Of a DNA stretch of 53,544 bases, positions 8,804 through 18,040 are shown piece by piece. The position numbers and the translations under genes are program-made. How positions within the stretch are numbered: the stretch's first letter is position 1; each line of letters begins with the position of its first letter. Under the pieces are notes generated by a model that was given only the letters and a program-made list of their open reading frames with translations, searched no databases and had not been told where the DNA came from. Location: contig CAXTTS010000001.1 in the NCBI GenBank assembly GCA_964247265.1, positions 1 to 53,544 of the forward strand, read 5' to 3'. Source of the stretch: an uncultured Sphingomonadaceae bacterium. GTDB taxonomy: Bacteria > Pseudomonadota > Alphaproteobacteria > Sphingomonadales > Sphingomonadaceae.

Positions 8804-10308
8804 GACGGCGGCTTGCGGAGCGCCCGTCGCGCATGGCGGCGGTCGCGCATGCGGCGGAACAGGCCGCGCTTGCCGAGCGCCTCGAACATTTCTTCCGGGC
8901 CTTCGGGATCGAGCACCTCATTGTCCGCGAGCCATGTCTTCACCGCGTTCAGGTCCGGCACCTCATAGGGGCGCAGCGAACGGCCGTCGCCGCGCAGCGC
9001 CTCGATCGTCGCGATGATCGAACCCTCGGCGTCGATCCCCGCTGACACTGTCGCGACGGCGACGCCCAGATGCTCTGCGATCAGGCCGTCGCGGATGGCA
9101 CGGATGGCGGGGCTGCAATTGTCATTGTCGGGGCACGCTCGATCGATCGTGACGTCGCATTCGGTATCCAGCCGCAGCGAGCGATTGTTCATGTTCGACG
9201 ATCCGACGCGGATCATGCGTTCGTCCACGATCATGATCTTGGCATGGACGTAGATCGGTTCGCCGGCGGCGGTGAACGGGTGGTAGATGCGGAGCCGCCG
9301 GTGCACGTCCCGCCGACGGAGCGCCTCGAACAGGCGGGCGCGGGCGCTGTCCATCGCGATCGGTTCCAGCCAGCCGTTAGCCGTCGTCGGATTGATGACC
9401 ACGATCTCCGGCCCGTCCGGCTCGTCGAGCCGACGGGCGATCGCCTCGGCTATGCGGCGGGACGCGAAATACTGGCTCTCGGCATAGATGAAGCGACGCG
9501 CGCCCGCGATCATGTCGAGGTAGAGCCGCTCGATCTCGCGGATCGGCTCCAGATCGGGGAGCACCGGACGCGAGCGCGAGATGGCGACTGCCACGTCGCG
9601 GAACTGCGGCACCAGCACTTCCGGCCAGCAGGGCCCGGCGCCTTCGATGGCCGTGAGCGGGGTTCCGCCGGCGACGCGCCAGCGATCGCGCGCCAATTCG
9701 CCGAGCCGCGCCGCCGCCGCACCCTCGAGCGCCGTGGTGGCATCGTGCCACGGCGGATAGGCGCTGCCACCCGGACGCTTGCGCTGCGGCTCGACGTCGC
9801 GGTGGGCGCGCGTGTCCCAGCGATCCCCGGTCATGTCGATGCCGCCGCAAAAGGCGAAGCAGTCGTCGATCACGACGATCTTCTGGTGGTGGGAGCCGCC
9901 CGGGGGATGCGCGCCGTCAAGCCGGGTGTGGATGCGCTTGTGCCGCATCCATTTGAGGAAGGTGAATATCGTCGTCCCCCGGAAGATCGTGCGCAGCGCG
10001 CCGAGATCCCAGCGTAGCAGATAGACCTCCAGCTCCGGATTGCGGGCGACCAGCCACAGGATGAAGTCTCCGATCCGAGCCGGCGCATCCGGGGCGCCCT
10101 GCTCGCCGCCCAGAACGATGCGACCGTCGAAATCCCAGCCGATTAACATGATGCGTCGCTTGGCCGTCAGCATGGCGGCCCTGGCGGCGGCGAAATAATC
10201 ATCCGCGTCGATCAGCACCGCGGCGCGGGTCGCGCGCTCGATCGACCAGCAATTCTCCCCCGGAGCAAGGATGGTGACGGCAGAGGGTGACATCTCGCTG
10301 GCGCTCAT
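8800..10308 (-). CDS. Phospholipase D-like protein
   Basis: Two HKD motifs, SHHQKIVVIDD and YVHAKIMIVDE...GSSNMNNRS. Start uncertain (10308 or 10293). Confidence 0.9.
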   Translation of the reverse strand: MSASEMSPSAVTILAPGENCWSIERATRAAVLIDADDYFAAARAAMLTAKRRIMLIGWDFDGRIVLGGEQGAPDAPARIGDFILWLVARNPELEVYLLRWDLGALRTIFRGTTIFTFLKWMRHKRIHTRLDGAHPPGGSHHQKIVVIDDCFAFCGGIDMTGDRWDTRAHRDVEPQRKRPGGSAYPPWHDATTALEGAAAARLGELARDRWRVAGGTPLTAIEGAGPCWPEVLVPQFRDVAVAISRSRPVLPDLEPIREIERLYLDMIAGARRFIYAESQYFASRRIAEAIARRLDEPDGPEIVVINPTTANGWLEPIAMDSARARLFEALRRRDVHRRLRIYHPFTAAGEPIYVHAKIMIVDERMIRVGSSNMNNRSLRLDTECDVTIDRACPDNDNCSPAIRAIRDGLIAEHLGVAVATVSAGIDAEGSIIATIEALRGDGRSLRPYEVPDLNAVKTWLADNEVLDPEGPEEMFEALGKRGLFRRMRDRRHARRALRKPPS

Positions 10309-10465
10309 GCCGCCGCTTTCCCGCGCTTTTGCGACGGTTGCAAGCACCGCCGGGGCGATTTCGCGCGCGCTAAAGGCTTGCCATGCGCCCCCAAGCCGAC
10401 GCATGGCGAGCGCCGATGCCCCGGCCCCGCGCCGGGCGGCGTCTCGCCAATAAGGAGGAACAGGC

Positions 10466-10741
10466 ATGAACCATAGCGACCTGATCGATCATATCGCCAC
10501 TGCCCAGGGTGTTACCAAGGCCGATGCCAAGAAGCTGGTCGAGGGTGTATTTGCCGCCGTCGCCGAGGCGGCCGGCAAGGATGGCGAGGTGTCGATCAAC
10601 GGCTTCGGCAAATTCCGCGTCACCGACAGCCCCGAGCGCGACGGGCGCAACCCGGCGACCGGCGAGGCGATGAAGATCAAGGCGTCCAAGCGTTTCGCCT
10701 TCACCGCATCCAAGACGCTGAAGGACAAGCTGAACGGCTAA
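10466..10741 (+). CDS. hup: HU family DNA-binding protein
   Basis: GFGKF...RDGRNPATGEAMKIKAS...LKDKLN; strong SD TAAGGAGG upstream. Confidence 0.93.
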   Translation: MNHSDLIDHIATAQGVTKADAKKLVEGVFAAVAEAAGKDGEVSINGFGKFRVTDSPERDGRNPATGEAMKIKASKRFAFTASKTLKDKLNG

Positions 10742-10765
10742 GCTGGCTTTCCGCACCGAATTTTT

Positions 10766-10800
10766 GCGAGCCTGGAGCTGGACGGTTCCAGGCTCGTTTG
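10766..10800 (+). terminator. Intrinsic terminator-like hairpin after HU
   Basis: CGAGCCTGGAGCTG / CGGTTCCAGGCTCG stem followed by TTTG. Confidence 0.55.
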
Positions 10801-10869
10801 CATAGGTCTGTTCGGCATCGCCGCCGTTCGCAGGTCCCACGCCGGATCGGTCTTCAGGAAAGTCCCCAT

Positions 10870-11925
10870 ATGCGCATGAACCGTCTGGGCCAGACCGGCC
10901 TGTTCGTCTCCGAACTATGCCTCGGCACGATGACCTTTGGCGGCGGCGAGGGCATGTGGGCGAAGATCGGCAAGCTCCAGCAGGACGATGCCGATACGCT
11001 CCTGAAAACCGCGACGGAGGCCGGCATCAACTTCGTCGATACGGCGGATGTCTATGCGGAGGGCCTGTCGGAACAGATTACCGGCCAGGCGATCCGCAAC
11101 CTCGGCCTGCGCCGCGACGAGCTGGTCGTCGCCACCAAGGCCTTCGGACCGACCGGCGACGGGCCGAACAGCCGTGGCTCGTCCCGCGTGCACCTGATCG
11201 ATGCGGTGAAGGCCAGCCTCAAGCGCCTGCAACTCGATCATATCGATCTCTATCAGCTCCACGGCTTCGATCCGGTCACGCCGATCGAGGAGACGCTGCG
11301 CGCGCTCGATACGCTCGTCCAGCATGGCCATGTGCGCTATATCGGCGTCTCGAACTGGGCGGCGTGGCAGATCGCCAAGGCGCTCGGCGTGTCCGAACGG
11401 CTGGGTCTGCATCGCTTCGCTTCGCTGCAAGCCTATTACACGATCGCCGGTCGCGATCTGGAGCGCGAGATCGTTCCGATGCTGCGCTCGGAAGGCGTCG
11501 GCCTGATGGTGTGGAGCCCGCTGGCCGGCGGGCTTCTGTCGGGCAAATATGCCCGCGACGGGTCGACCAAAGGCGACGGGCGGCGTGCGCAGTTCGATTT
11601 CCCGCCGGTCGAGAAAGAGCGCGCCTTCGACGTCATCGACGCGATGCGTCCGATCGCGGAGGCGCACGGCGTATCGGTCGCGCAGGTGGCGCTTGCCTGG
11701 CTGCTGCATCAATCCACCGTCACCAGCGTGATCGTCGGCGCCAAGCGGGTCGAGCAGCTGGACGACAATATCGCTGCCACCAAAATGGTCCTCACGGTCG
11801 AGCAGCTTGCGATACTGGACGAGGTCAGCCGCTTGCCGAGCGAATATCCAGGCTGGATGATGGAACGGCAGAACTACCGGGACGGCCAGCTCAATCAGCC
11901 GCCACGGAGCGCCGCCTCCCGCTGA
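10870..11925 (+). CDS. Aldo/keto reductase
   Basis: LGQTGLFVSELCLGTMTFG, DTADVY, ATK, DLYQLH, WSPLAGGLLSGKY. Confidence 0.93.
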   Translation: MRMNRLGQTGLFVSELCLGTMTFGGGEGMWAKIGKLQQDDADTLLKTATEAGINFVDTADVYAEGLSEQITGQAIRNLGLRRDELVVATKAFGPTGDGPNSRGSSRVHLIDAVKASLKRLQLDHIDLYQLHGFDPVTPIEETLRALDTLVQHGHVRYIGVSNWAAWQIAKALGVSERLGLHRFASLQAYYTIAGRDLEREIVPMLRSEGVGLMVWSPLAGGLLSGKYARDGSTKGDGRRAQFDFPPVEKERAFDVIDAMRPIAEAHGVSVAQVALAWLLHQSTVTSVIVGAKRVEQLDDNIAATKMVLTVEQLAILDEVSRLPSEYPGWMMERQNYRDGQLNQPPRSAASR

Positions 11926-11951
11926 ACGGGCGGGCGCATCGGCGGTACTTG

Positions 11952-11971
11952 CCCTTGCCTTTTGGCCAGTT
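11952..11971. promoter_or_regulatory. Putative lux-box-like site upstream of the PHA synthase operon
   Basis: CCCTTGCCTTTTGGCCAGTT = NNCT-N12-AGNN; shares CCTTGCC with the site at 26366. Confidence 0.3.
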
Positions 11972-12040
11972 GTCTTCAGCTTGGGATCAGCGACGCTGCG
12001 ACAAGGCGTTCAGCAGATAAACGACCCGACGGAGAGCATC

Positions 12041-12436
12041 ATGGCAGAAAAGGGCGCGTTCGATCCGATGGCCGCATGGTCGCAATTCGTCACCAAGTGG
12101 GAGCAGGAGGTCAACGACTTTTCCGCCAAGATCAGCGCATCGAAGGAATTCGGCGGCACGATGAACCAGGCGAGCATGGCGTCGCGCGCAGTGCAGCAAT
12201 CCTTTTCCGAGCAGATGGAGAAGGTGCTGAAGGCGATGAACCTGCCGAGCCGGGGCGAGATCGGCGACCTGGGTGAGCGGTTGCTTTCCGTCGAGGAGAA
12301 GATCGATCAGCTGGCGATCGCGGTCGCCGACCTGAAGGGCAATGGAGCGGGCGAGGCGGTCATGCCCGTCAGGCGCACGCGACAGCCGCCCGCGTCGGCG
12401 ATCGCGGGCGACACGTCACCTGCCGACAAATCATGA
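12041..12436 (+). CDS. Small PHA synthase partner subunit (PhaE/PhaR-like)
   Basis: MNLPSRGEIGDLGERLLSVEEKIDQL resembles the conserved PhaE/PhaR C-terminus; ATGA-coupled to phaC. Confidence 0.7.
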   Translation: MAEKGAFDPMAAWSQFVTKWEQEVNDFSAKISASKEFGGTMNQASMASRAVQQSFSEQMEKVLKAMNLPSRGEIGDLGERLLSVEEKIDQLAIAVADLKGNGAGEAVMPVRRTRQPPASAIAGDTSPADKS

Positions 12437-13515
12437 GCGAGGCCGATCCGCCTGCGGCGGATGCCGTGGCACGGCAGGTCCGCACCGAGATCGAACGCGC
12501 GATCCGCCGCAACATCAAGGGGCTGGAGTTTCTCGGCGCCCCGCGTCAGCCGGTTGGCGCGATGGAGAAGGACGTGCTGCACCGGCGCGGCACGCTGAAC
12601 CTCTACCATTACCGGCCGATCGTGGATGAAGTGTACCGCGTGCCCGTGCTGCTGGTGATGGCACCGAGCAACAAGGGCTACATCTTCGATCTGGCACGCG
12701 GCCAAAGCCTCGTCGAGTTCCTGCTCCAGCGTGGCTACGACGTCTTCATGATCGACTGGACATCGCCGCGCGCCGACGAGAAGCGGCTGAGACTGCGGGA
12801 TTATGTGCTCGATTTCATTCCGGAGTGCATCGCGCGGGTCCAGGCGGTCAGCGGTGAGCCGGATGTCTCGCTCGCCGGCTATTGCATGGGTGGCACGCTC
12901 TCCGTCCTGTACGCGACCTTGTTCCCGGACGGGCCGCTGAAGAATCTGGTATGCTTCGCCACCCCGGTCGATTTCGCGCAGATGAAGCTGTTTCGCGCCT
13001 GGTCGGACAAGGCCCATTTCGATGTCGATCATACGGTGGAGAGTCTCGGCAACATACCGGGCGATCTGATCCTGGGGGCGTTCGACCTGATGCGCCCGGC
13101 CAATCGGTCGGCCGGCGTCCTCCACCTATGGAACAACATGTGGAACGACGAATTCGTCAAATCCTATCGCATGTTCGATCGCTGGGCGGCGGAGACGCTT
13201 CCGCTGCCGGGTGAGTTCTTCCGTGACATCGTCAAGCAGTTCATGTGGGCCAATGCGCTGTTGGAAGGCACGCTGGAGATTGACGGTCGCGTTGCCCGGC
13301 TCGATGCGATCACGGTGCCGGTCTGCAACATCATCGCCCAACACGATCATGTCGTGCCGTTCGATGCCGCGCACCCGCTGACCGAGAAAGTCTCGTCCAC
13401 CGAGACATTCGAAACCGTCGTCAAAGGCGGGCATGTCAGCGTGGTCGCCGGCGTCGCCGCGCTCAGGCGGCTTTGGCCGACCATCGATAGCTGGCTTGCC
13501 GGAAGGTCCATTTGA
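12433..13515 (+). CDS. phaC: Poly(3-hydroxyalkanoate) synthase, class III/IV-like catalytic subunit
   Basis: 360 aa; PVLLV...YIFDL...SLVEFLL, lipase box GYCMGG, Asp in AQHDHVV, His in KGGHVS. Confidence 0.85.
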   Translation: MSEADPPAADAVARQVRTEIERAIRRNIKGLEFLGAPRQPVGAMEKDVLHRRGTLNLYHYRPIVDEVYRVPVLLVMAPSNKGYIFDLARGQSLVEFLLQRGYDVFMIDWTSPRADEKRLRLRDYVLDFIPECIARVQAVSGEPDVSLAGYCMGGTLSVLYATLFPDGPLKNLVCFATPVDFAQMKLFRAWSDKAHFDVDHTVESLGNIPGDLILGAFDLMRPANRSAGVLHLWNNMWNDEFVKSYRMFDRWAAETLPLPGEFFRDIVKQFMWANALLEGTLEIDGRVARLDAITVPVCNIIAQHDHVVPFDAAHPLTEKVSSTETFETVVKGGHVSVVAGVAALRRLWPTIDSWLAGRSI

Positions 13516-14099
13516 TGTCCGTGACCCACGACTATCCCCGCACGATCGACCTGGCCGGGGTGGAGTTCGAACTCCGCCAGATGGGCAGCGACGATGCCGG
13601 GGCGGTACTCGCCTTTGCCGAGGGCATGCCCCACCACGATCTGCTGTTCCTCCAGCGCGACATCCGCAAGCCGAAGGTTGTGGCGGCATGGATCGAGCAG
13701 ATCGCCAGCGGCAACATCGCCACCATCCTCGCTTGGCGTGATGGCCGCGTGCAGGGCTGTGCCGCCATCGTCCGCGACGGGCTCTCCTGGTCGCCTCATG
13801 TCGGCGAGTGCCGCGTGGTGGTGTCGCCGACGGCCCGTGGCCACGGCCTCGGCCGGGAGATCACGCAGGATGCGCTGGCCTTGTCGCTTTCGCTCGGCAT
13901 CGAGAAGCTTCTCGCCCGCATGACGCCGGACCAGCAGGGGGCGATGGCGGTGTTCGAGGAACTCGGCTTCCATCCGGAGGCGTTGTTCCGCGATCTCGTC
14001 CGCGACGACGAGGGCGTCGATCACGATATCGTGATCCTCAGCCTCGATCTGGCGCGCCATCGCGCCCAGCTGGAGGCGTTCGGCTTCAGCGAGGTATGA
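13515..14099 (+). CDS. GNAT family N-acetyltransferase
   Basis: VVVSPTARGHGLGR acetyl-CoA loop and FEELGF; TGATG overlap with phaC. Confidence 0.85.
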   Translation: MSVTHDYPRTIDLAGVEFELRQMGSDDAGAVLAFAEGMPHHDLLFLQRDIRKPKVVAAWIEQIASGNIATILAWRDGRVQGCAAIVRDGLSWSPHVGECRVVVSPTARGHGLGREITQDALALSLSLGIEKLLARMTPDQQGAMAVFEELGFHPEALFRDLVRDDEGVDHDIVILSLDLARHRAQLEAFGFSEV

Positions 14100-14102
14100 C
14101 GA

Positions 14103-14879
14103 TCAGCATTCGTGCTTGGGGTAGAAGGCGCCGCGCCAGCCGCTCGCCTCGAACGGTCTCCAGGCGCCTTCCTCCTGCGCCAGCCGATCGGCGATGACGA
14201 GGTAGACGCTGGGGTTGAGCACCATGCCGAAATGGCTCGCGTAGACCGGGATGTTCTCGGCCTGATCGTCTGCCGCGACGATACAGTTCTGCCACGCGGT
14301 CACGCCGTCGGTCTTGCTGTAGACGGCGGTGGCAGGCACCTTCAGCGGATGGTGGCCGGTGCTGAACCGCTCGATCATCGCCGGCGTGGCGACGATGTTG
14401 CCCGTCATCCGCTCGTAAAGCGAATTGAGGTTGGTCGCCCTGGGATTGCCGCTGAACGGACTGCCGAGGGTTATGACCTGACGAACCGCCTCCGGATCGC
14501 GCCTCGCCGCCTCGCGCGCGATGACACCGCCGAGGCTCCAGCCGATCAGGCTGATCCGCTTGCCCGTCGCATCGCGAATCGCATCGATCCGCCGCGCGAG
14601 ATGCTCGCCATTCTGCCCCACGGTGCGATGATCGTAGTTCCGGCCCAATTCCCACGCATGCATGTCGTAGCCCAATTGGGCCAGGAAGGCGCGCAGCAGC
14701 ATGGTCGCCCCGTCATCGGTGGCGAAACCCGGCAGCACCAGCACCGGGTGGCCATCGCCACGAGGCGCGGTGGCGAGCAACGGCGCGGACATAGCGAGGG
14801 CGGAAGTTTCCACTGCCGCCCGTGCCATTTCCAGCGAGGCGAGAAGCAGCGATGGCGCGCGAATGTCTGCATGGGTCAT
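14103..14879 (-). CDS. Alpha/beta hydrolase (esterase/lipase-like)
   Basis: PVLVLPGF, nucleophile elbow GWSLGG, ITLGSP, SKTDGV, ASHFGM. Confidence 0.88.
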   Translation of the reverse strand: MTHADIRAPSLLLASLEMARAAVETSALAMSAPLLATAPRGDGHPVLVLPGFATDDGATMLLRAFLAQLGYDMHAWELGRNYDHRTVGQNGEHLARRIDAIRDATGKRISLIGWSLGGVIAREAARRDPEAVRQVITLGSPFSGNPRATNLNSLYERMTGNIVATPAMIERFSTGHHPLKVPATAVYSKTDGVTAWQNCIVAADDQAENIPVYASHFGMVLNPSVYLVIADRLAQEEGAWRPFEASGWRGAFYPKHEC

Positions 14880-14968
14880 GTAGCCGATCTGGGATCGGCC
14901 ATACCGCACTGCAACTAGCTTTTGCGTCATTCCGCGGCACGGAACCAAAACGGGACGGGCTTATTCCC

Positions 14969-16177
14969 TCAGAGCCCGAGCACCGTCTTCGCGATGATCG
15001 TGCGCTGGATTTCGTTGCTGCCGCCAAAAATCGTCCACGCGCGACCGTTGAGATAGGCCGGCGCGGCCACCTGCGCCGCGCGGCCGCGCACCGGCTCCGG
15101 CACGTCATTGCCGTAAAGCGGGCGCGTCTCGCACAATTGCAGCCCCGCATAGCCGAAGCTGCGCATCGCCAGCGCATCCACATCCTGCCGCACGTTGGAG
15201 GCGAGCAGCTTCACCACCGATGTCTGCGGCCCCGGCGGGCGGCCTTGTGCGACCTCGGCGAGGATGCGCAGTTCGATCATCTCCAGCGCCTGCGCGTCCA
15301 GTTCGATGCGCGCGAGCCGGGCAAGCCAGACGGGATCATGATCGAGCGAGCCTTCCGCGCCCGATGGCTCGCCTGCCGCTTCCGCCCGCAACCGTGCGAG
15401 ATCCGCCAGCAGGCGCGGCGCATGGCAGGAGCCGCCGCGTTCATTCTCCAGCAGGAACTTGGCGATCGTCCAGCCCTGCCCCTCCTCGCCGACGAGATCG
15501 GCTGCCGGCGCGACCACATCCTCCAGGAAAACTTCGTTGACCTCATAATCGAGCGCGAGGCCGCGTATCTTGCGGACCTGCACGCCCGGCTGGTTCATGT
15601 CGATCAGCAAGAAGCTGATCCCCGCCTGCGCCTTCACCTCCGAGTCGGTGCGTACAAGGCAGAAGATGTGGTCCGCGAAATGGGCGTGCGTAGTCCAAAT
15701 CTTCTGGCCGTTCACGACATAGCGGTCGCCGTCCCGCACCGCCCGCGTCTTCAGGCTGGCGAGATCGGAGCCGGAGCCGGGTTCCGAGAAGCCCTGGCAC
15801 CAATAATCCTCGCCGGACAGGATGCGCGGCAGATAATGCGCCTTCTGCTCGGCCGTGCCGAACGTCCAGATCACCGGAGCCAGCAACTTCAGGCTCAGCA
15901 CCGGCAGTTCCGGCGCATCCGCCAGCGCGCATTCCTTTTCGAAGATATAGCGTTGGGTCGGCGTCCAGCCGGTGCCGCCATATTCCTCCGGCCAGTTATA
16001 GCCGAGCCAGCCCTTTTCGTGCAGGATCTGCTGCCATTCGCGGCTGATATCCGGTTCGGCGAAGACGGTGGGCGTTGCCCGCGCACCTTCGCGCAGCCGC
16101 TCGGTCAGCCGCTCGGCGAGGAAGGCGCGCACCTCGTCGCGAAACAGCAGTTCCTCGGCGGAGAACTCGAAATTCAT
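14969..16177 (-). CDS. Acyl-CoA dehydrogenase (PimC-like catalytic subunit)
   Basis: WCQGFSEPGSGSDLASL, NGQKIWT, LENER, IFGGSNEIQR. Confidence 0.92.
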   Translation of the reverse strand: MNFEFSAEELLFRDEVRAFLAERLTERLREGARATPTVFAEPDISREWQQILHEKGWLGYNWPEEYGGTGWTPTQRYIFEKECALADAPELPVLSLKLLAPVIWTFGTAEQKAHYLPRILSGEDYWCQGFSEPGSGSDLASLKTRAVRDGDRYVVNGQKIWTTHAHFADHIFCLVRTDSEVKAQAGISFLLIDMNQPGVQVRKIRGLALDYEVNEVFLEDVVAPAADLVGEEGQGWTIAKFLLENERGGSCHAPRLLADLARLRAEAAGEPSGAEGSLDHDPVWLARLARIELDAQALEMIELRILAEVAQGRPPGPQTSVVKLLASNVRQDVDALAMRSFGYAGLQLCETRPLYGNDVPEPVRGRAAQVAAPAYLNGRAWTIFGGSNEIQRTIIAKTVLGL

Positions 16178-16245
16178 GGCAGGCGTGCGCCTTCCGTCGA
16201 TGAAACATCCATGTCACCGCTAGACACCATGCGCTTCTCCGCGAC

Positions 16246-16265
16246 TTCTGCGCAAATTGCTAGGT
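16246..16265. promoter_or_regulatory. Putative lux-box-like site between the divergent ACAD genes
   Basis: TTCTGCGCAAATTGCTAGGT = NNCT-N12-AGGT. Confidence 0.35.
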
Positions 16266-16376
16266 TCCAAGCGCCGTCTCGTGGCGCATCCGGCTTAGCG
16301 AAGCGGCGGCTGGATCGGCCGGGCCGATCCGTGGCGCATGGGCCATGACGAAGGCGCTTTTCAGGAAGGGCAGCCG

Positions 16377-17492
16377 GTGAATTTCGAGCTGGACGAAGAC
16401 CAGATCATGCTGCGTGATCTGATCGAGAATTTCGTCGCCGAACGCTACGATCTGTCGCGGCGGCTCGGCTATCAGGCCGGGGTGCCGGGCTATTCGCCGG
16501 ACAATTGGCGCAAGCTCGGCGAACTCGGCCTCCTCGCTCTGCCCTTCTCGGACGAGGATGGCGGGCTGGCCGGCGGCGCGATCGAGCTTGTCACGGTGAT
16601 GGAGGTGATCGGCCGGGCGCTGGTGGCGGAACCGCTGATCGCGGATCTGCTGCTATCGGGCGCCGTGATCGCAAGGGCCGGCGGGGAAGCGACGAAAACC
16701 GCATGGCTGCCGCGCATCATGTCCGGCGAGGCCCGCATCGGCTTTGCCCATTTCGAAGCGGGCGCGCGCTTCAACCTCGCTCATGTCGATACGAGGGCGA
16801 CGCCCGATGGCGACGGCGTGCGGCTGGACGGCGACAAGACGCTGGTGCTCGCCGGTGTCGGCGTCGATGCCTATCTCGTCTCCGCGCGGGCTGCCGGCAC
16901 TCGGATGGACGGGCCGATCGACTTCTACCTCATACCCGCGGGCGCCGCCGGGCTTGTCGTCAAGCCCTACCGGGTCGTCGATGGCTCGATGGCGGTCGAG
17001 TTGCGGCTGCAAGGCGTGGCGGCGAGCGCCGGCTTCAGCATGAGCGCCGCCGCGCTGGACGAACTCGTCGATAAGGCGCGGCTGGCGGCATCGGCCGAGA
17101 TGATCGGCATCATGGCGATGCTGTTCGACGCGACCCTGGAATATGCCCGCACGCGCAGGCAGTTCGGCGTGGCGATCGGCAGCTTCCAGGCGTTGCAGCA
17201 TCGCATGGCGGACTTCTACGTGCTGCTGGAACAGTCCCGTTCGCTGATGCTGCGTGCCGCGCTGAAAGCGGCGGAGGGTGCCGACGATCGTGGCGCGGCG
17301 ATCGCGGCGGCGAAAAGCTTTATCGCCGACGCCGCGATCCGCATCGGCGAAGGCGCGATCCAGCTGCATGGCGGCATCGGCATATCGGACGAGCTGGTGA
17401 TCGGCCACGGCCACAAGCGCCTGCTGCTGCTCGCCACCTTGTTCGGGGACAGCGATGCGGAACTGCGCCGCTACAACCGGCTGGTGGCCTGA
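16377..17492 (+). CDS. Acyl-CoA dehydrogenase (PimD-like partner subunit)
   Basis: RRQFGVAIGSFQALQHRMAD, IQLHGGIG, degenerate C-terminus LFGDSD. GTG start at 16377. Confidence 0.9.
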   Translation: MNFELDEDQIMLRDLIENFVAERYDLSRRLGYQAGVPGYSPDNWRKLGELGLLALPFSDEDGGLAGGAIELVTVMEVIGRALVAEPLIADLLLSGAVIARAGGEATKTAWLPRIMSGEARIGFAHFEAGARFNLAHVDTRATPDGDGVRLDGDKTLVLAGVGVDAYLVSARAAGTRMDGPIDFYLIPAGAAGLVVKPYRVVDGSMAVELRLQGVAASAGFSMSAAALDELVDKARLAASAEMIGIMAMLFDATLEYARTRRQFGVAIGSFQALQHRMADFYVLLEQSRSLMLRAALKAAEGADDRGAAIAAAKSFIADAAIRIGEGAIQLHGGIGISDELVIGHGHKRLLLLATLFGDSDAELRRYNRLVA

Positions 17493-17498
17493 GGGCGA

Positions 17499-17981
17499 TC
17501 ACTTCAGGACGGGGTCCGGGCGCAGGGGCGGCTGATCGAAGGTGATGTCGCCGCCCGCCGGGCCGCAAATCCGTGCAGTGAATGTGGTCCGTATCGCCCT
17601 CTTGGCAATCGCCACGGTAGCGGAGGCGGGGCTGAGGCAGATGCTCCTGTCATAGACCTCGCCCGAGACCCAGCGCAGCGGAGCCGTGACCTCCGCTCCC
17701 GCCGCGAGCCCCACCGGCACCATCGCCGGGCCCGGATGCATGCCGGCCGGCGCACGACGGACGATCTTCAATGGCCGGTCGCGGGCATCGTTGAAGCTCA
17801 GCCGGGGCAGCGCCTCGATACGGCAGGCGTTGGGACCGATGTTGCGGATGACCAGCAGCGTGCCACTATGGGACACGCCGTTGAACGCGCCACTCTCGCC
17901 ATCGAAGCCGAGCGACAGCTGATCGGCGGCGCAGGCCGGCAGGCTTGCCGACGCGAGCGTCATGAAGATGATCGACAGCAT
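17499..17981 (-). CDS. Secreted DUF4232-like protein
   Basis: Signal peptide followed by PACAADQL...HSGTLLVIRNIGPNACRI...P...LAAG...LRW, with paired cysteines. Confidence 0.65.
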   Translation of the reverse strand: MLSIIFMTLASASLPACAADQLSLGFDGESGAFNGVSHSGTLLVIRNIGPNACRIEALPRLSFNDARDRPLKIVRRAPAGMHPGPAMVPVGLAAGAEVTAPLRWVSGEVYDRSICLSPASATVAIAKRAIRTTFTARICGPAGGDITFDQPPLRPDPVLK

Positions 17982-18040
17982 GATCCCTCCCCTGATGTCC
18001 GAGGCTCGAACCACCGGGCGGCGGAAGGATGCGCGCCCGG

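Noticed and set aside
14913-14932. AACTAGCTTTTGCGTCATTC (and 36436-36455) as firm lux boxes
   Set aside because: Only one half matches, and on the minus strand GCTAG sits where a -10 element is plausible; not listed as features.
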